Origin: Octopus sinensis
Taxonomy: Eukaryota
DNA: 64,000 nt
Reading direction: 5' to 3'
Assembly (NCBI RefSeq): GCF_006345805.1
Contig: NC_042997.1
Span: 5,952,001 to 6,016,000, forward strand
Positions 27,490-40,689 of the stretch are shown piece after piece (the stretch's first letter is position 1; every line of letters begins with the position of its first letter). The translations under genes were made by a program, and so were the position numbers. The notes under the pieces were generated by a model. That model was given only the letters and a program-made list of their open reading frames with translations, had not been told where the DNA came from and searched no databases.

Positions 27490-28410
27490 GCAAAAGGGAA
27501 TTGCTGAATATAGAAAGGGAAGGGAGGGTCTTGAAGATAAACTAATGTTTGAAAATCCTGCAACTGTCACCACCGAAGGAAACATTGACAGTGTTCATCA
27601 TATGGTGATGAATGATAATGTATTGATTATGAATCAAATTGCCAATGCCATTAACATATTTCGTGAGAGAAGGAAATGAGAACATTCTACACAACGGATT
27701 TTCCATAATGAAATTTTCTGCCTTATAGATCCCACTTTTTCTAACACCTGATCAAATGTGCACTAGGCTGATCACATCATGGGAAAAAAAGCTAACATTA
27801 TTTTTCTGAGATCAAACTGATTTCCTCGAACGTTTGCGAACCCAAGTTGTGCCAGAAACAAAGATACAATCCATGCAGTGCAAACACCCTTCTTCCCCAG
27901 CCTCATGTTTTGGGTTGCAAAAGAAATGTAGTTTTGATTGTCTTCAAAGAGAGTCACGTCGTCACTATAGAGTATTGCACACCTCGGTGATGTCAGGAAA
28001 ACTGACAAAACGTGTCCTGTCTCACCACAACATTGCTTCAGCACACAAGTTCTTGCTTTCACTGGTTCTAGTGGGCGATTGTGTTTTTTGATTAGTTTGT
28101 CACCCTCACTATTCTACTGATTTGGCTCAATTTGACTATCCTTTGTTCATCTAGATTAGAGAAACACTTGGCTATGGATCAGTACCGAAATATCGTTACG
28201 TCGTATTTGATTCTTTGACCAATAGGATATAAACTCTTTCGAAAATGGCTGCAAGGATTGCAGCCATTTGGAAGAAGCCGTTGGAAGGATTGCAGCCGTT
28301 GGAAGAAGTGTGTGAACTCCAAGCGGGATTATATTAAAAAATAAACCTGATTTGGACACATTCTATGATGGTAATTTTGCCAGCCTGTGAACTTTTCAGC
28401 CGATCCGTGC
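27490..28410 (+). mobile_element. 5'-truncated mariner transposase remnant with right TIR
   Basis: RKGREGLED...PATVTTEGNID.VHHMVMND...; PETKIQSMQCKHPSSP; GKLTKRVLSHHNIASAH; HPHYSTDLAQFDY. Right TIR CAGCCTGTGAACTTTTCAGCCG matches the left TIR at 44547. Confidence 0.8.
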
Positions 28411-28637
28411 ACACATACTGTTACAACCACACACGGACACACTCAAAGACGAATACATATATATAATATAAACATATAAGTAGATACTTATCTGTATATA
28501 TGTGTGTGTATATGCCTATATACTCGAGAACCTCACTTTTTAAGATCAAACAGAAATAAGCATTTCCACACATTACAACAAGGTCTTTAGTGTGTATGTC
28601 CTAAATTTAAATTGTGAAATTAACTTTTCCATTTCAG

Positions 28638-28715
28638 ATTGTTCATATTGTCTATTCAAATTGATCCTGGTTTTACTTCCCTTGTATATAAAATTTCTGT
28701 GGAAATTAAATCAAT
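28638..28715 (+). CDS. candidate exon (phase 2->2, LFILSIQIDPGFTSLVYKISVEIKS)
   Basis: ACTTTTCCATTTCAG acceptor, 25 open codons, GTATGA donor. Confidence 0.35.
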
Positions 28716-30194
28716 GTATGATTATGTAATGTTTTTCAACTCCTTGACAGTAAAATCTTCTTAAAGAATAATTATTTTTACATTTGAAATCTTTATTTGC
28801 TGCTACTAAATAATGTTATTTTGTGTTACTATTTATGTTACTATCTCTGTTACTTAATTCAAGGAAAATAAGTTTTATATATGTTTAAAGAACTTTATTC
28901 AATAAACCAAACGTTTAAGAATATTCACTAGTCGGACCTTTCCGGCAATTCCGATTTTTCTTCACTTTAAATACATTGCTATTCTTGATGCTGAAAATAG
29001 CTTACGTTCGAAATTCTGCTATAGTAGAAGAAATATATAAGACGTTTTATTGTTTAAATATTATTAAACATTTAATTGTCTTGATATACACTGTCTTTTT
29101 CGAAAATAGTTACGCGTGTTGTTATATGACAAAAAGCACGTAGGCATTACGAATCCATTAACGTAATATATTTATGTGTGAGGTTTTATTCAATGATTGT
29201 AGACGAGAAAAATCTATATCAATTACATTGTTAATATACAAAATTTTACTTAAATTTTCGCTCACTGATGACTAAATCACGTGAATCGATCGTTATTATG
29301 AAGAAGAACATCGAAAATTTCGCACAGAACGACCGGAAATAAGCTGTAATGTTAGAGGAGATTCTGTCATTCAGATTTCTTTCTTTCAAATAATCTATCG
29401 GAATTTTATTATTCATTTCAATCATATCTAAGATTGTAGCAATTCCGAAGTTTTGCGGAAGTAATCAGCAACACTGTCTTCAAATATGACATGTTTGATG
29501 CTTGGGTACAAGTAAAAGATAATAGCAAAAATAAAGAATTTGTAACTGTCTTTCTAAAAAAGAAAATCGATAGCTCTGTTATGTGACCGGTCGCACGTCA
29601 GATTGTTTCCAAATAAAATCTGGTAGAGAAGAGAAAGCAAGCCAAGAGATAAGTGAAAACAATAAAATCAAGAATATAATGTCAAGGCCTGGCAGAAGCT
29701 AAACATCCGGGATTACTTGTACTGATAAATCTACATGAAAAACAGACAAAGTTGCGATATATTGATGCCGAAGGAAGAGAAAGAATACACTTCTCTCTAG
29801 CTCCAGTATATTTTAGTATTTTTCCTAAATCAAAGTCATTATCTTTAAACGAGGAATGAACATCGTATATCAAGTAATAAGTCTTGATTTCGAGAAGCGC
29901 TCGTTCCAGAGTTAACAAATGCCTGATTAAGGCTCTCAGTATGAATTGTGATGGTGATGGGGGCATGTGATCTATTAGAGCCTGCTGCAGTGGTAGGTTC
30001 ATTCTGAGATTAATTTTGCCAACTTATTTATATAAACTTGATATACGTATATCAATGTCCTGAGTTAGTGTACTAAACGTCATGACGGAAGTTGAAATTT
30101 GTAGCAATACAAAATACCGATTTCAAAAGTCCTAGTCCTGTGATGTTATCAAAAGTAACCGGGCTAATAATTAATGCATAGTTTTATCAATTGC

Positions 30195-30375
30195 GATGAT
30201 GAGAAAAACGGCGGCGACGATGAAGATAATGATGATGATGGTGATAATGATGAGATTGACGGTGAAGATGGTGATAATTATGATGATGATGATGGTGATG
30301 ATGATAATGATGATCATCATCATGGTGATGATGATGATGATCATCATCATGGTGATGATGATGATGATGATGATA
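30195..30375. repeat. imperfect (GAT)n trinucleotide tract with an internal duplicated GATCATCATCATGGTGATGAT unit
   Basis: Direct inspection; source of the poly-D, poly-I and poly-M ORFs. Confidence 0.9.
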
Positions 30376-31254
30376 GTACAGACAACTCTTGACACAAAGA
30401 GTAAGACGTTTAGATATATGAAAAATAAGACAAACTAACTATGGTGTGCTTCATAGATATTTAAAACAAAAAATATGTAAAATAAAATCTATATTTGAGC
30501 AGTAGACTACTCATAAAATTTATACAGTGTCTACAAGATAAACGAGGGGCTGTTTAACTCAATACACTAGCCTTTCACGAGTACTATATTCCAAAAGTAT
30601 ACGGAGTATAACCAGTTTACAAAACAAGCTATTAAAAGTTAGTGATTATCATGCCATCGTTAAAATATATTTTGTTAACCATCAGAGAGGTGCAACTGTT
30701 GCGGCTTAGACATACAGATTACTTTCAGATGAAAGCATTTAAATTAGGAAGTTAAATTCGTTATGACAATAATGAACTTTGTGTCGACACAAAGTCATTG
30801 CATTCTTTCCGTTTGATATAGCAATGAATTTATCGTAACTTCTTCTTTCTGCATATATATTTAAAAATTAATACATGCAAGTATAAATATAAATACAGAT
30901 TCACAAATGTGATGTCACCTATTACTTCATCCATCCTTGAAGATTTCCTTCTTTGAATGATTTGAGTTAATTTTATGTTAATAGACCTCTTTTTTTGAGC
31001 ATTTTACTGTCTCCATTTATAAGTTAAAGAGTTGCTAATGACCCTCCTACAACAATTCCACTAGATACAGAATAACCTTTTCAATCACCAAATTTATAAG
31101 TGATTGTAGGATTCCAACTTCCTCAATTAATATTCGTGAATAAATTTTCTAAGACAATATTTGCAGACACTGAAATCCTTTGCTACGAAATAACGTAAGT
31201 TTCGAAACTAAAATTCGGAATGTAATTAATTATTTACATCTTTATTTCATACAG

Positions 31255-31273
31255 AGAAAAGGGAAAAATAAAT
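31255..31273 (+). CDS. candidate 19-nt micro-exon
   Basis: TCTTTATTTCATACAG acceptor and GTAAGT donor; frame ambiguous (EKGKIN or RKGKNK). Confidence 0.3.
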
Positions 31274-31839
31274 GTAAGTTTATTACAAGCCAGATTTGTT
31301 CATATCATTTTGATACAGACGGTTTTTAGATAAGAATTTAATTATATGTGTTTCAGGGCGAATAATAATAGCTCAGCAAAATCTTTTAATCCACGCAGCA
31401 TTTTGATTTCACTTGTATCAATGAAAATATTAGAATCTTAAAAGGGAGGAATAATTTGTGCTAGGTAAATTGAATCCAACATAAAAAGAAATACAAACAT
31501 ATATATTTATATATGAATATATACATATGTACAAGCACACGGAAAGACACATATATACACGTATTTTCATATTTGGAAATAAGTATGTCTGTATGTATGT
31601 GTGCATGTGTGTGTCCGTTCTTGTGTATGTGTATTTATGTGTATGTACACCTATACATATAGGAATGCACGTGATTGTGGAATCGTTGAAATAGTGAAAA
31701 AAATATAATTTTAATGAATTCTTCATTTGGTAATCACTGAAATTAATTAGCTAATCGGCGATTTATAATGAATTATAATGGTAGAATCCAATCATATTTA
31801 AATATTTATCTGCCTTGCATTTTCTTTCTTTTATTTCAG

Positions 31840-31859
31840 GAGTCTATTGCAATCATGAT
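31840..31859 (+). CDS. candidate 20-nt micro-exon (ESIAIM)
   Basis: Very strong acceptor TTTTCTTTCTTTTATTTCAG, GTACGT donor. Confidence 0.3.
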
Positions 31860-32170
31860 GTACGTTAAATAAACTATATTATTTTATTTTGTTATTTTTA
31901 TTTAAAAATGTTACTACCGTGATGATCATAGCACAAAAAAATAATTTATCGGGAAAGTGGAGCTAAAGCTCTTGATACATAAAGCTCCAGATTAAATAGA
32001 ACTAGCAATGTCAAGATAAAAATGCTAAATTCGACCGAAATGAAAATGCTTAATACATAATATCTCAACTAATGACTGATAACAAAATTTGTTCTCTCTT
32101 CGTCACGATATCTTTCTTTTTATCTCCATCTCTATACTCATAAACACCACTCTCTGTTTCACTCATTCTT

Positions 32171-32218
<48 letters not shown>

Positions 32219-32300
32219 TGTGTATGTGTGTGTGTGTGCGTGTGTATGTACATAGATCTATGTATCTATCTATATCTAAGTATGTATGTATGTGCGTAGG

Positions 32301-32331
<31 letters not shown>

Positions 32332-32409
32332 AATAATATATAAATATATGCATATATACATACATATATGTACATATCTACATACATATGTACGTATACA
32401 TGCATATAT

Positions 32410-32953
32410 GGGTACAGGACATCCAAAACACGTAGATACAATGAAAAACGGAAGCATAAAAACAAAAACATAGAAAACAAAATTTTTTTTGAACAACGAA
32501 AAAACCCCAGAGAAACGAGAAATGCAACATAAAGAAAATTCCCTTCATCAGTTGTCCCTGTTTTGAAGCTAAGCACAATACGAAATTTCGTTGAAACATT
32601 CCTTCTCACAAAACAAATTAAATAAACTTTTGGATTTTTTGCGGAGGGTGAAAGTGGTAACACAAACAGGACAGTGAAACCAAGACAGTAAAAACAAACA
32701 GTGAGGGCTGTTAAGCCAAGACGATGTGAAAAATGATTAGGAACGCTAGAAAATCGCGTTTTCGTGTATTCTCCTTACCTTCGAAACGTGGAGTAGATGA
32801 AACAGGGACAAAAAACGAAGGGAATGTTCTTTATGTTGCATGTTTCTTTTCTCTATTTCTTTTTTCACTGCTCGAAAAATGTTGTTTTCTATGTTTTTGT
32901 TTTCTATGTTTTCGTTTCTCATTGTGTTCAACCTTTTTTGATCCCCTGTACCC
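32410..32953. mobile_element. fold-back element with imperfect inverted arms, embedded in TA-rich microsatellite
   Basis: GGGTACAGG...GTCCCTGTTT (32410-~32570) inverted against AAACAGGGAC...CCTGTACCC (~32800-32953); parallel translations in ORFs 32378..32599(-) and 32797..32985(+). Confidence 0.7.
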
Positions 32954-33086
32954 ATATATGCATGTATATATACATATATATGTAGGTATATACATATATG
33001 TATGTATATATGCATATATTTATATAACATTTATATTATTACATGATCGAACGCCGCGCATCCTTTTCTATGTAAGTTTTATCTAT

Positions 33087-33183
<97 letters not shown>

Positions 33184-33804
33184 TATAATTACCATAAGGA
33201 GTATATAAAAAAGGTAATGTCCCTGACGCATAAGATGAAACCTGCAAACTACCAACATAAGATGTCTCTAAAGACGCGGAACAAATCTATAAAATTTTAC
33301 TCTGGTAATGCATTTTATAATACGATATAGCATGGCCGTTAAAGTTCTTTTGAATTTTGATATTTCGTTTGGTGTACATTTTTCTGGCTAATAATATTTA
33401 TCTTTAGGAATATTGATTGAACATCTATCACTCACAAATACGGACAACAGCACACATTTGCTGGTACTTTTCTGACAGCTAAGCATAAGCCTGAAATCAG
33501 TTTTGTCTGAAATGGTGCACTTAATGACGTTGAAGATTCTTATTTGAGAAATATTTGTATTGTAATAATAGCACATAGAATACAAAATGTTTGCTGAGTA
33601 GTTGATCTTTTGTTGTCACGTAGGAGTTGTCGAATAAATTATGATTAACCTAAAAATAATAATCAATTTAAGCACAAAATCAGTAATTGAGAGGGAAATT
33701 AAACGATTATATCACTGGTACTTTACCGACCGGAATGATATAAGCTATATTTGAAGTCTGCGGCCCTTGATCTCAGTACGTAAAAGCCTGGAAGATGGTT
33801 ATAT

Positions 33805-33853
<49 letters not shown>

Positions 33854-33854
33854 C

Positions 33855-33906
<52 letters not shown>

Positions 33907-33907
33907 T

Positions 33908-33942
<35 letters not shown>

Positions 33943-34342
33943 GCGCGTATGTGTGTTCACGTATTTATATAACATTTACTATTCAAATACCCTGAGTTTC
34001 TTTACTAAAAGACGATATTTTGAAAGCGTGCCATAACGTATAATCAAGACATTTATACATTAAATTATTTTTGATTTTCCAACATACCAATATATTTTGA
34101 TATATTTTTCTTTCACATTTATTATTTTGAACAACATTCAAATTAGGTCTGAATTACTTAAGCATATAGAAATCGGATCATGTGTAGCGTATATTATTTG
34201 TTTATAATCAATTCTTTTGTTATCTGACTCAAGAACTCAATAACTTTAATATATATTTTTTATCAACAACATTCATACCAGATGCTTACATGCATTCTCA
34301 TGTAACTAATATTTTAGTAACTAACTCTTTGGTTTTTGTTAG

Positions 34343-34396
34343 AAAGCATACCAGAGGGTTTTACTATAGATTATAATATTTCCGTTTATATTTTTA
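34343..34396 (+). CDS. candidate exon (phase 1->1, SIPEGFTIDYNISVYIF); may instead extend through ORF 34336..34671
   Basis: CTCTTTGGTTTTTGTTAG acceptor, GTAAAT donor; phase-compatible with 35938-36023. Confidence 0.3.
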
Positions 34397-35937
34397 GTAA
34401 ATGTTTCGTTCAATGTTTGGCTTTAAATATTATTTCAACATCACCATACTTAAATTTCTCTAAAGAAGGAATTACAACCGTGTTTCGTGATCTGTTACCA
34501 CAACAGCTCCTTTATTGGATCCAGTTAGCTCAAGACATCATCAGGAAGAACCACGTCCGGTTTCGGCCCCTACTCATCTACCGTTTTGACGTGGCGGGGC
34601 CACCCATCTTTCGGAGGTGTCTTCAGCTCTGGTGTGGTGTACATGTGATTAAAATGACAAGAATATTTTAAAATGTATGAAATAAAGCGCATATACGCTC
34701 AGGGAACTTTTGTTTTCTATAACTCGTCCAAGTATTTATCTATAACTTACAAGTTTTAGAAGTTTTTTAATCAATGAATATTCGTAATGGATAAGCTTTG
34801 TAAGTAGTACCTATTACATTCCAAACATGTACGAAAATATCCACCCTACTTACTGATGATTAGAGAAGTTAGAGGATACAAAATACTACCATATTTTCTT
34901 CGCTGACTATTTAAATATATATTAAAAATTAAATTAGTTTAATTAGACGATTTTACAAAGTCGACATTAAATAAATTACTAATTAATTGTTTTAATCTGA
35001 AATACTACAGGGATTATCGTACCCCATTCAAGTTTTCTGGACTATTTCTGCTACTTAAGTGGAGAATATAACCATGAGTAACGAATGGTTATTTAGAATT
35101 TCATCTATTGTTCTCTGAAGAAATCCATTACACCCAGTTAGATTAACTCCTACAGGAATAAAATTCACCACAAAATTTTCCGAGAAGAATTTCGTGTATT
35201 GTATTTATCACATTTAGTCGTGTAATATATTTACTGGAGGTGAAATGTTTCTCATTTATAAGACTACATAAGTATTTAACTCAAGTACCTGCTCGGGGAG
35301 TAAAACTATGCTTCGTACCTTTTTTTTATTTCTTGGATGAAAACTTCTCTATTACTCTGTGACATTGTAAATAAAATCTAATTTAAATTGCGTTGAATTC
35401 CATTCAAGAACACAAGTTATTGGCCAAGTAATGAAATTGTAACATTATTCTTATGAAATAATATATTTTCTTCCATAATATACTTATTTGTAACATGGTG
35501 TGTATGGTATCTATTCTGAAATATTTCCTACAATGCCTTTAATAAATTGATATTATTACATTGACCAACTTCGGTAAGAATATTTCCCGAGAGAAAAGAA
35601 TATTATTGTAAATCAATAACTGGAATTACCTACACTACACAGATTAAGGAAGAAAGATTTTAAAGGACCTTATAGGAATTGACAAATAACTACCTTTACC
35701 CAATGTATCTCTTGTTGCTGAGAAACGAAACAATGTGAAATTCTGCAATATATAACACATATAATATTTATTAGACTGTTCATATTGATACCACGCAATA
35801 TTTGAAAACAATCAAAATTACAAACGCGAAATGAGTATTCAAGAAAAAAATCCGTTATAATTGAACGATGAAGTAGATTTTGCGCACATATGCCAGCAAG
35901 GGAACCTGTTCTTATGGAAATGTGCTTTATTTTCCAG

Positions 35938-36023
35938 TTCCTGATTCAGGTCTTTTGTATCCAACCGAGTCATTATTTACTCCGAATATGAATTATGAAT
36001 TTCTCATAATATACGTTTTGAAA
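35938..36023 (+). CDS. candidate exon (phase 1->0, PDSGLLYPTESLFTPNMNYEFLIIYVLK)
   Basis: GCTTTATTTTCCAG acceptor, 28 open codons, GTAAGA donor. Confidence 0.4.
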
Positions 36024-36239
36024 GTAAGAGACAAAGTTATAGGATTATAGGTATATAACGTTTAAAGTTATTAGCAATGTTAAAATACTCATAAAAAAAT
36101 AACATAAAATAAATGTTTCCTGAAAATATATCTAAAAGGTTCGATTCCTGTTGAAGAAAGTACGTGATGTAGCATTGTTGCAGGCCCTCTTCGCAGGCAA
36201 AATGATAATTGAGCCTGATAGATTGCCTGATTAGCACTA

Positions 36240-36729
36240 TGTTAGCCATGAATCATCAACGGATCAGTAACGTGACCAGAAATATTTAAACAGGGAGAAC
36301 TATACTTCCAGCTGTGGAAGTCGATAACAAATGTTCATTCTAAGCGTATTTATCTGAATTCGTTCGATGGCTCCCTGATTGCTAGGGTCCAACAGTATTC
36401 TTTGGGTCCAATATAATCAACTGCGTCTGCAGGTGTTTTCTTTCTGGTCATCTTGTTTCATGCTGTTCTGTCCTCCGCCTAATGCCTCATATGAAGATAA
36501 TATCTGGAAAGCATTCTTTCACATTTGGCAATAAAGTCGTTGGCTCTGTGCAGCAACCTCATTTTGTTATCTACCAATCATTTTATACTGTAGTTACTTC
36601 ATAAGAATCTCCTGTTTCCGAATTGCATGGATATAACCTTCGAAGTGGTATGTCATAAACTTGTCAATAAACTAGCTTTTGATATTAGCATTTCCTTCTA
36701 CGGTCTGTCATTTCTCGAGGTACTTACTA
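36240..36729 (-). mobile_element. R4/Dong-like LINE, 3' part (post-RT, zinc-knuckle and REL region), downstream of the mariner insertion
   Basis: Minus translation MTYHFEGYIHAIRKQEI...DNKMRL...IAKCERMLSRYYLHMRH...KEYCWTLAI; same strand and expected order relative to 37994-38810. Confidence 0.55.
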
Positions 36730-37991
36730 TCAGTTCATCACATAAGATTTTACTTTTATTAAAATTGAATGAAATTTAATGGTTTTTTTTAGAATGTCTA
36801 ATGAAATTTAAAATTATTTTTATTCATTTGTGTACTTTTAAACTAATCAAATATTATTTTACGGCGTAATAGAATTAAATTTTTTTTGATTAAACACTTT
36901 CTAACATGGAAATATCCAAAGACCATTTGAGGCACATAATGCATTATGTGTACAAAAAAGGAAGCTCTGCAGCCGAAGACACTCGAAACATATACACTCA
37001 CGTTATAGGAAAGGATGCTTGGATGAAAGAACTTGCAGAAGATGGTTTGCAAAATTCAGAAGTTGAGATTTCAGACTTGAAGATGAAGATTGAACAGGGT
37101 GTCCAGTTGAGTTAGATGAAAAGCTCCTTGGGGCTTTACTTGAAGAAAATCTTAGATCATCAGTTGAAGGATTGGCAATAAAGCTTTGTTCAAACCATAC
37201 AACTGTTCATTATCATCCTCAAGAACTAGGAAAGGTTCCTAAACTTGGAAAATGGGTGCCTCATGAAATATCCGAAAGCAACCGCAAATCCCGAGTTGAC
37301 ATCTGCTATTCTCTCCATTCTCGGAAGCTTATTTCACCCTTTTAGGATAGTGTTGTGACTGGTGACGAAAATGGATCGTCTATCGAAATGTTAAACGCCG
37401 TAAACAGTGGATTAGTAAAAAGGAAACGCACAACCACTACCGAGAAGGAAACTTCATGGGAAAAAGTTTCTTCTCTTTATCTGGTGGGATTGCAAAGGAT
37501 TAATTCACTTTGAATTGTTCCCATCTAATGCAACTATCAATGCTGAAGTCTACTGTCAGCAATTAAAGCGTTTGAACGAAGCTTTGAAGAGAAAAAGACA
37601 CGCTTTAGGGAATCGAAAAGGAGTGATGTTTCAGCAGGACAATACGCGACCTAACACTGCAAAGATCACAGAAGATCGAAGAGCTTGGGTGGGAAAAATT
37701 CCTCATCCACCTTATTCTCACGACCTTGCTCTTTCAGGTTTCGTAGTTTACAGAATCATTTGGGGGACATAACTATCGCAAGCCAGGAGGATGTCGAAAC
37801 TGACATTTCAGAGGTCTTCGTTTTGAAAACAAAAGAGTTTTACGTTGATGGGATTAAAAAGATTGCAAATACATGAAAGCAAGTCATAGATAATCAGGAA
37901 GTACATTGATGATTAAATTTCGATTGAATATAGTATTTGATCACTTGTTTCCGTTATTCAAAATTTGGACAGAACTTACTGGATCACCTGA
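36730..37991 (+). mobile_element. near full-length (1262 bp) decayed Mos1-like mariner
   Basis: MEISKDHLRHIMHY...; WVPHEI; VVTGDE.WI; YCQQLKRLNEAL..KR...VMFQQDNTRP; PHPPYSHDLA. TA dinucleotides at 36728-36729 and 37992-37993. Confidence 0.85.
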
Positions 37992-37993
37992 TA

Positions 37994-38810
37994 TATATTA
38001 AGTGACTATAATCCAAGTGAACTTGCCCAACTTTCCAGTTTATTCTGTTGCCAATGGTCCTTTCGGAGAGATCTCTATTTTTATTTTGTGCTTTTCCTCA
38101 TGTTCATTAGCTATTCTATTAGTTATGTTGCTAATTTCACGGTCATAAACTTGGTCAAGTTCGTTACTGATTCCTTTCAACTAATTCAAATGTCGTTTTA
38201 GTATCATAATATGTGCTTCATATGACATCAACAAATATTGGAGACAATGGCTTCCCTCCTTGCTTGGGCAATATCGCCTGTCTACATCTCCGCTGGTACT
38301 GAAATTTCCTGTTATACAGAGGAACTTCCGAGTTCTAACACCAATTTTATGCAGTACTTGTATTGCCCATTGAAGTGGGCCAGAGATAGGCGATAGTAAT
38401 GTCATTGCAAATGTGCTGAGTGCACTCGATAAAGGTTTTTAACCACCTTGTCCACTTCTTATGATGAGTCCATCTTGGCTGAGACTCTCATCCTGTCCGA
38501 TGTATTTGTAGCTTTCCCCTGAGAGCAGACGTTGTACATGTATGTTGCTTATGTTTACGTTTATTATCTTCGGCAAGGACACATGTTTGCCAGGCTTACT
38601 ATCATAAAAACGCATTTGAGCTAGTCAAACTTCACCCCATGTCCCTGGAATATTGGCGTACGAGATCCTGTTGCATTTTTGTGTGGTTAATATTTGGCAC
38701 ACACACTTCCGAGTCATCAGCAAAGAAAAAGTTGCAGACGTTATTGAACACGTTTCGAGAGGTAATGTGCCTTGTGAATAGGTATTGCAGTGGGTTTTGT
38801 GAGAGATCAA
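37994..38810 (-). mobile_element. R4/Dong-like LINE RT region remnant
   Basis: FFFADD...QDLVRQYSRDMGVKF; ESYKYIGQDE; RTRKFLCITGNF...DVDRRYCPSKEG. Confidence 0.75.
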
Positions 38811-40035
38811 AGAGGATATATGTAATGTATGTATGTATGCATGCATGTATGTTTGTGTGTATGTACGTATTTATGGATGGGTAGATGGATGGATTGATAT
38901 ATGTATGTATGTATACATGTATGTAAGCATGCATGCAGTTATTTATACGAATATGCACGTATGTATGTACGTACATATATGCATATATGTGTGTAACAAT
39001 GTTTGTATCAATGTATGTATGTGTGTTTTTCTATCCACATGTAGGAATGTGAATTAGGTATGTGTGCGAGCAAACAATTTTATTTTGTGGTCAGTGTTAA
39101 AGGGAAACAATACTATACTTCGACATTGCAACAATACATTTACATGTATCGGTGCACGATTTCTCTAAAAGCTGGCGAAATATCTACTGTATACGTAGTT
39201 ATCTTTGTCCCAATAGAACAATGGAATTATCTTACAAACACATATAATTTTCAACAACGCAAAAGAAACAGAAATCTTGTTTAATGAGCTTTGAAATATG
39301 TTCTGTGTGTGTTCCTGCATGTTATTCATTACCTTAACTAAAATGAAGATATCTAACTCCCATGGTTCAAGTTTCTGAACAGCTGAAGGCTATTGTTATT
39401 GATTCCGAAATAATTATTGTTTTTCCTTTTTTTCAACTACATCTAGCTGCTTCATATATCTTTGTTCTGTCAATTCTAGTTTCATATTATGCACTTATAC
39501 ACTCTCTTACTTTACATATATATGTGCGTGTGTATGTATGTGTGTGTGTGTGTGAATGCGTGTTTTCATATGTATATGTGCGCTGAGCGTGTATTTGTAT
39601 ACACATAAAATTATATACAGGCACATTTGCTGAAACATTGTTATACCTCCATGTTTTTGTGTACGGATATCAGTGTGAAGCTTATTGCGTATTTATAATA
39701 TTTTGCGATATTTAATTGCATATACAAGGAGTTCGCTGTCAGTATATACTGTAACTTTCCAAATTCTTCACGTGATTTCATATTGAAAGGGAAAAGCAAC
39801 GGAAACTGACAATAACTTCAAGTGTTCTGCATTCAAAAAATTCTAAGTTTAACAGAAATATTTATTCTACAACGTGAACATATCTATGGATAGCACCGTC
39901 ATATAAACCAACATTGGTATCAACTTCTTTAAGCTTGTCTCACAATTCTGTTATATTCATTTATGCAAAGTCATAAAATGTTCGTATATATATTCATATA
40001 TATTCATATATATACACACACACAAACACACACAC

Positions 40036-40123
<88 letters not shown>

Positions 40124-40569
40124 AAGAAAGTAGCGAAAAGAATTCCTTCGAAGAGGGGTGTAAAACATCCACATCACTTGTATGTATGTTAAATAACACA
40201 TACATATGGGTAAAATTTATATTATAATATAACGTTATATGCTATGAATATATTATTATATAAGATAACAAACAATTATTAAAATACGAAAAAAGCCACC
40301 AGTTTGTTTCGAATGATTGTTTGATATGTAAACAATTTAATACCTTTATATAAGTTTCATCAGAGCCAATGGTTGAAGACAGACGAAATTCCGTGGTAAA
40401 GGACGACTGGATTGTAAAAAAATTAATTCAAATGCGTATTATGAACGTGAGCGCTAGACATTCAACGACATATCAATTACAATTATAAACAATACATTTA
40501 TACCAGACAATATAATGAAATCAAATCTAAAAGTATCGAAATATATTATGTTATATCATGGTATAATAC

Positions 40570-40631
40570 CAAGCGATGGTGGGTGGACAAGCAGACATAG
40601 AAATACATAACCCTCTTCCTCTCTCTCTCTG

Positions 40632-40689
<58 letters not shown>

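Noticed and set aside
17443-36023. Voltage-sensor S4 or polycystin/REJ identity for the candidate gene (WRVLRSLR; IDPGF..YKISV; SGLL..Y.F)
   Set aside because: Matches are short, the domain order is wrong for polycystin-1-like proteins, and no pore or GPS motifs were found, so no gene name is given.
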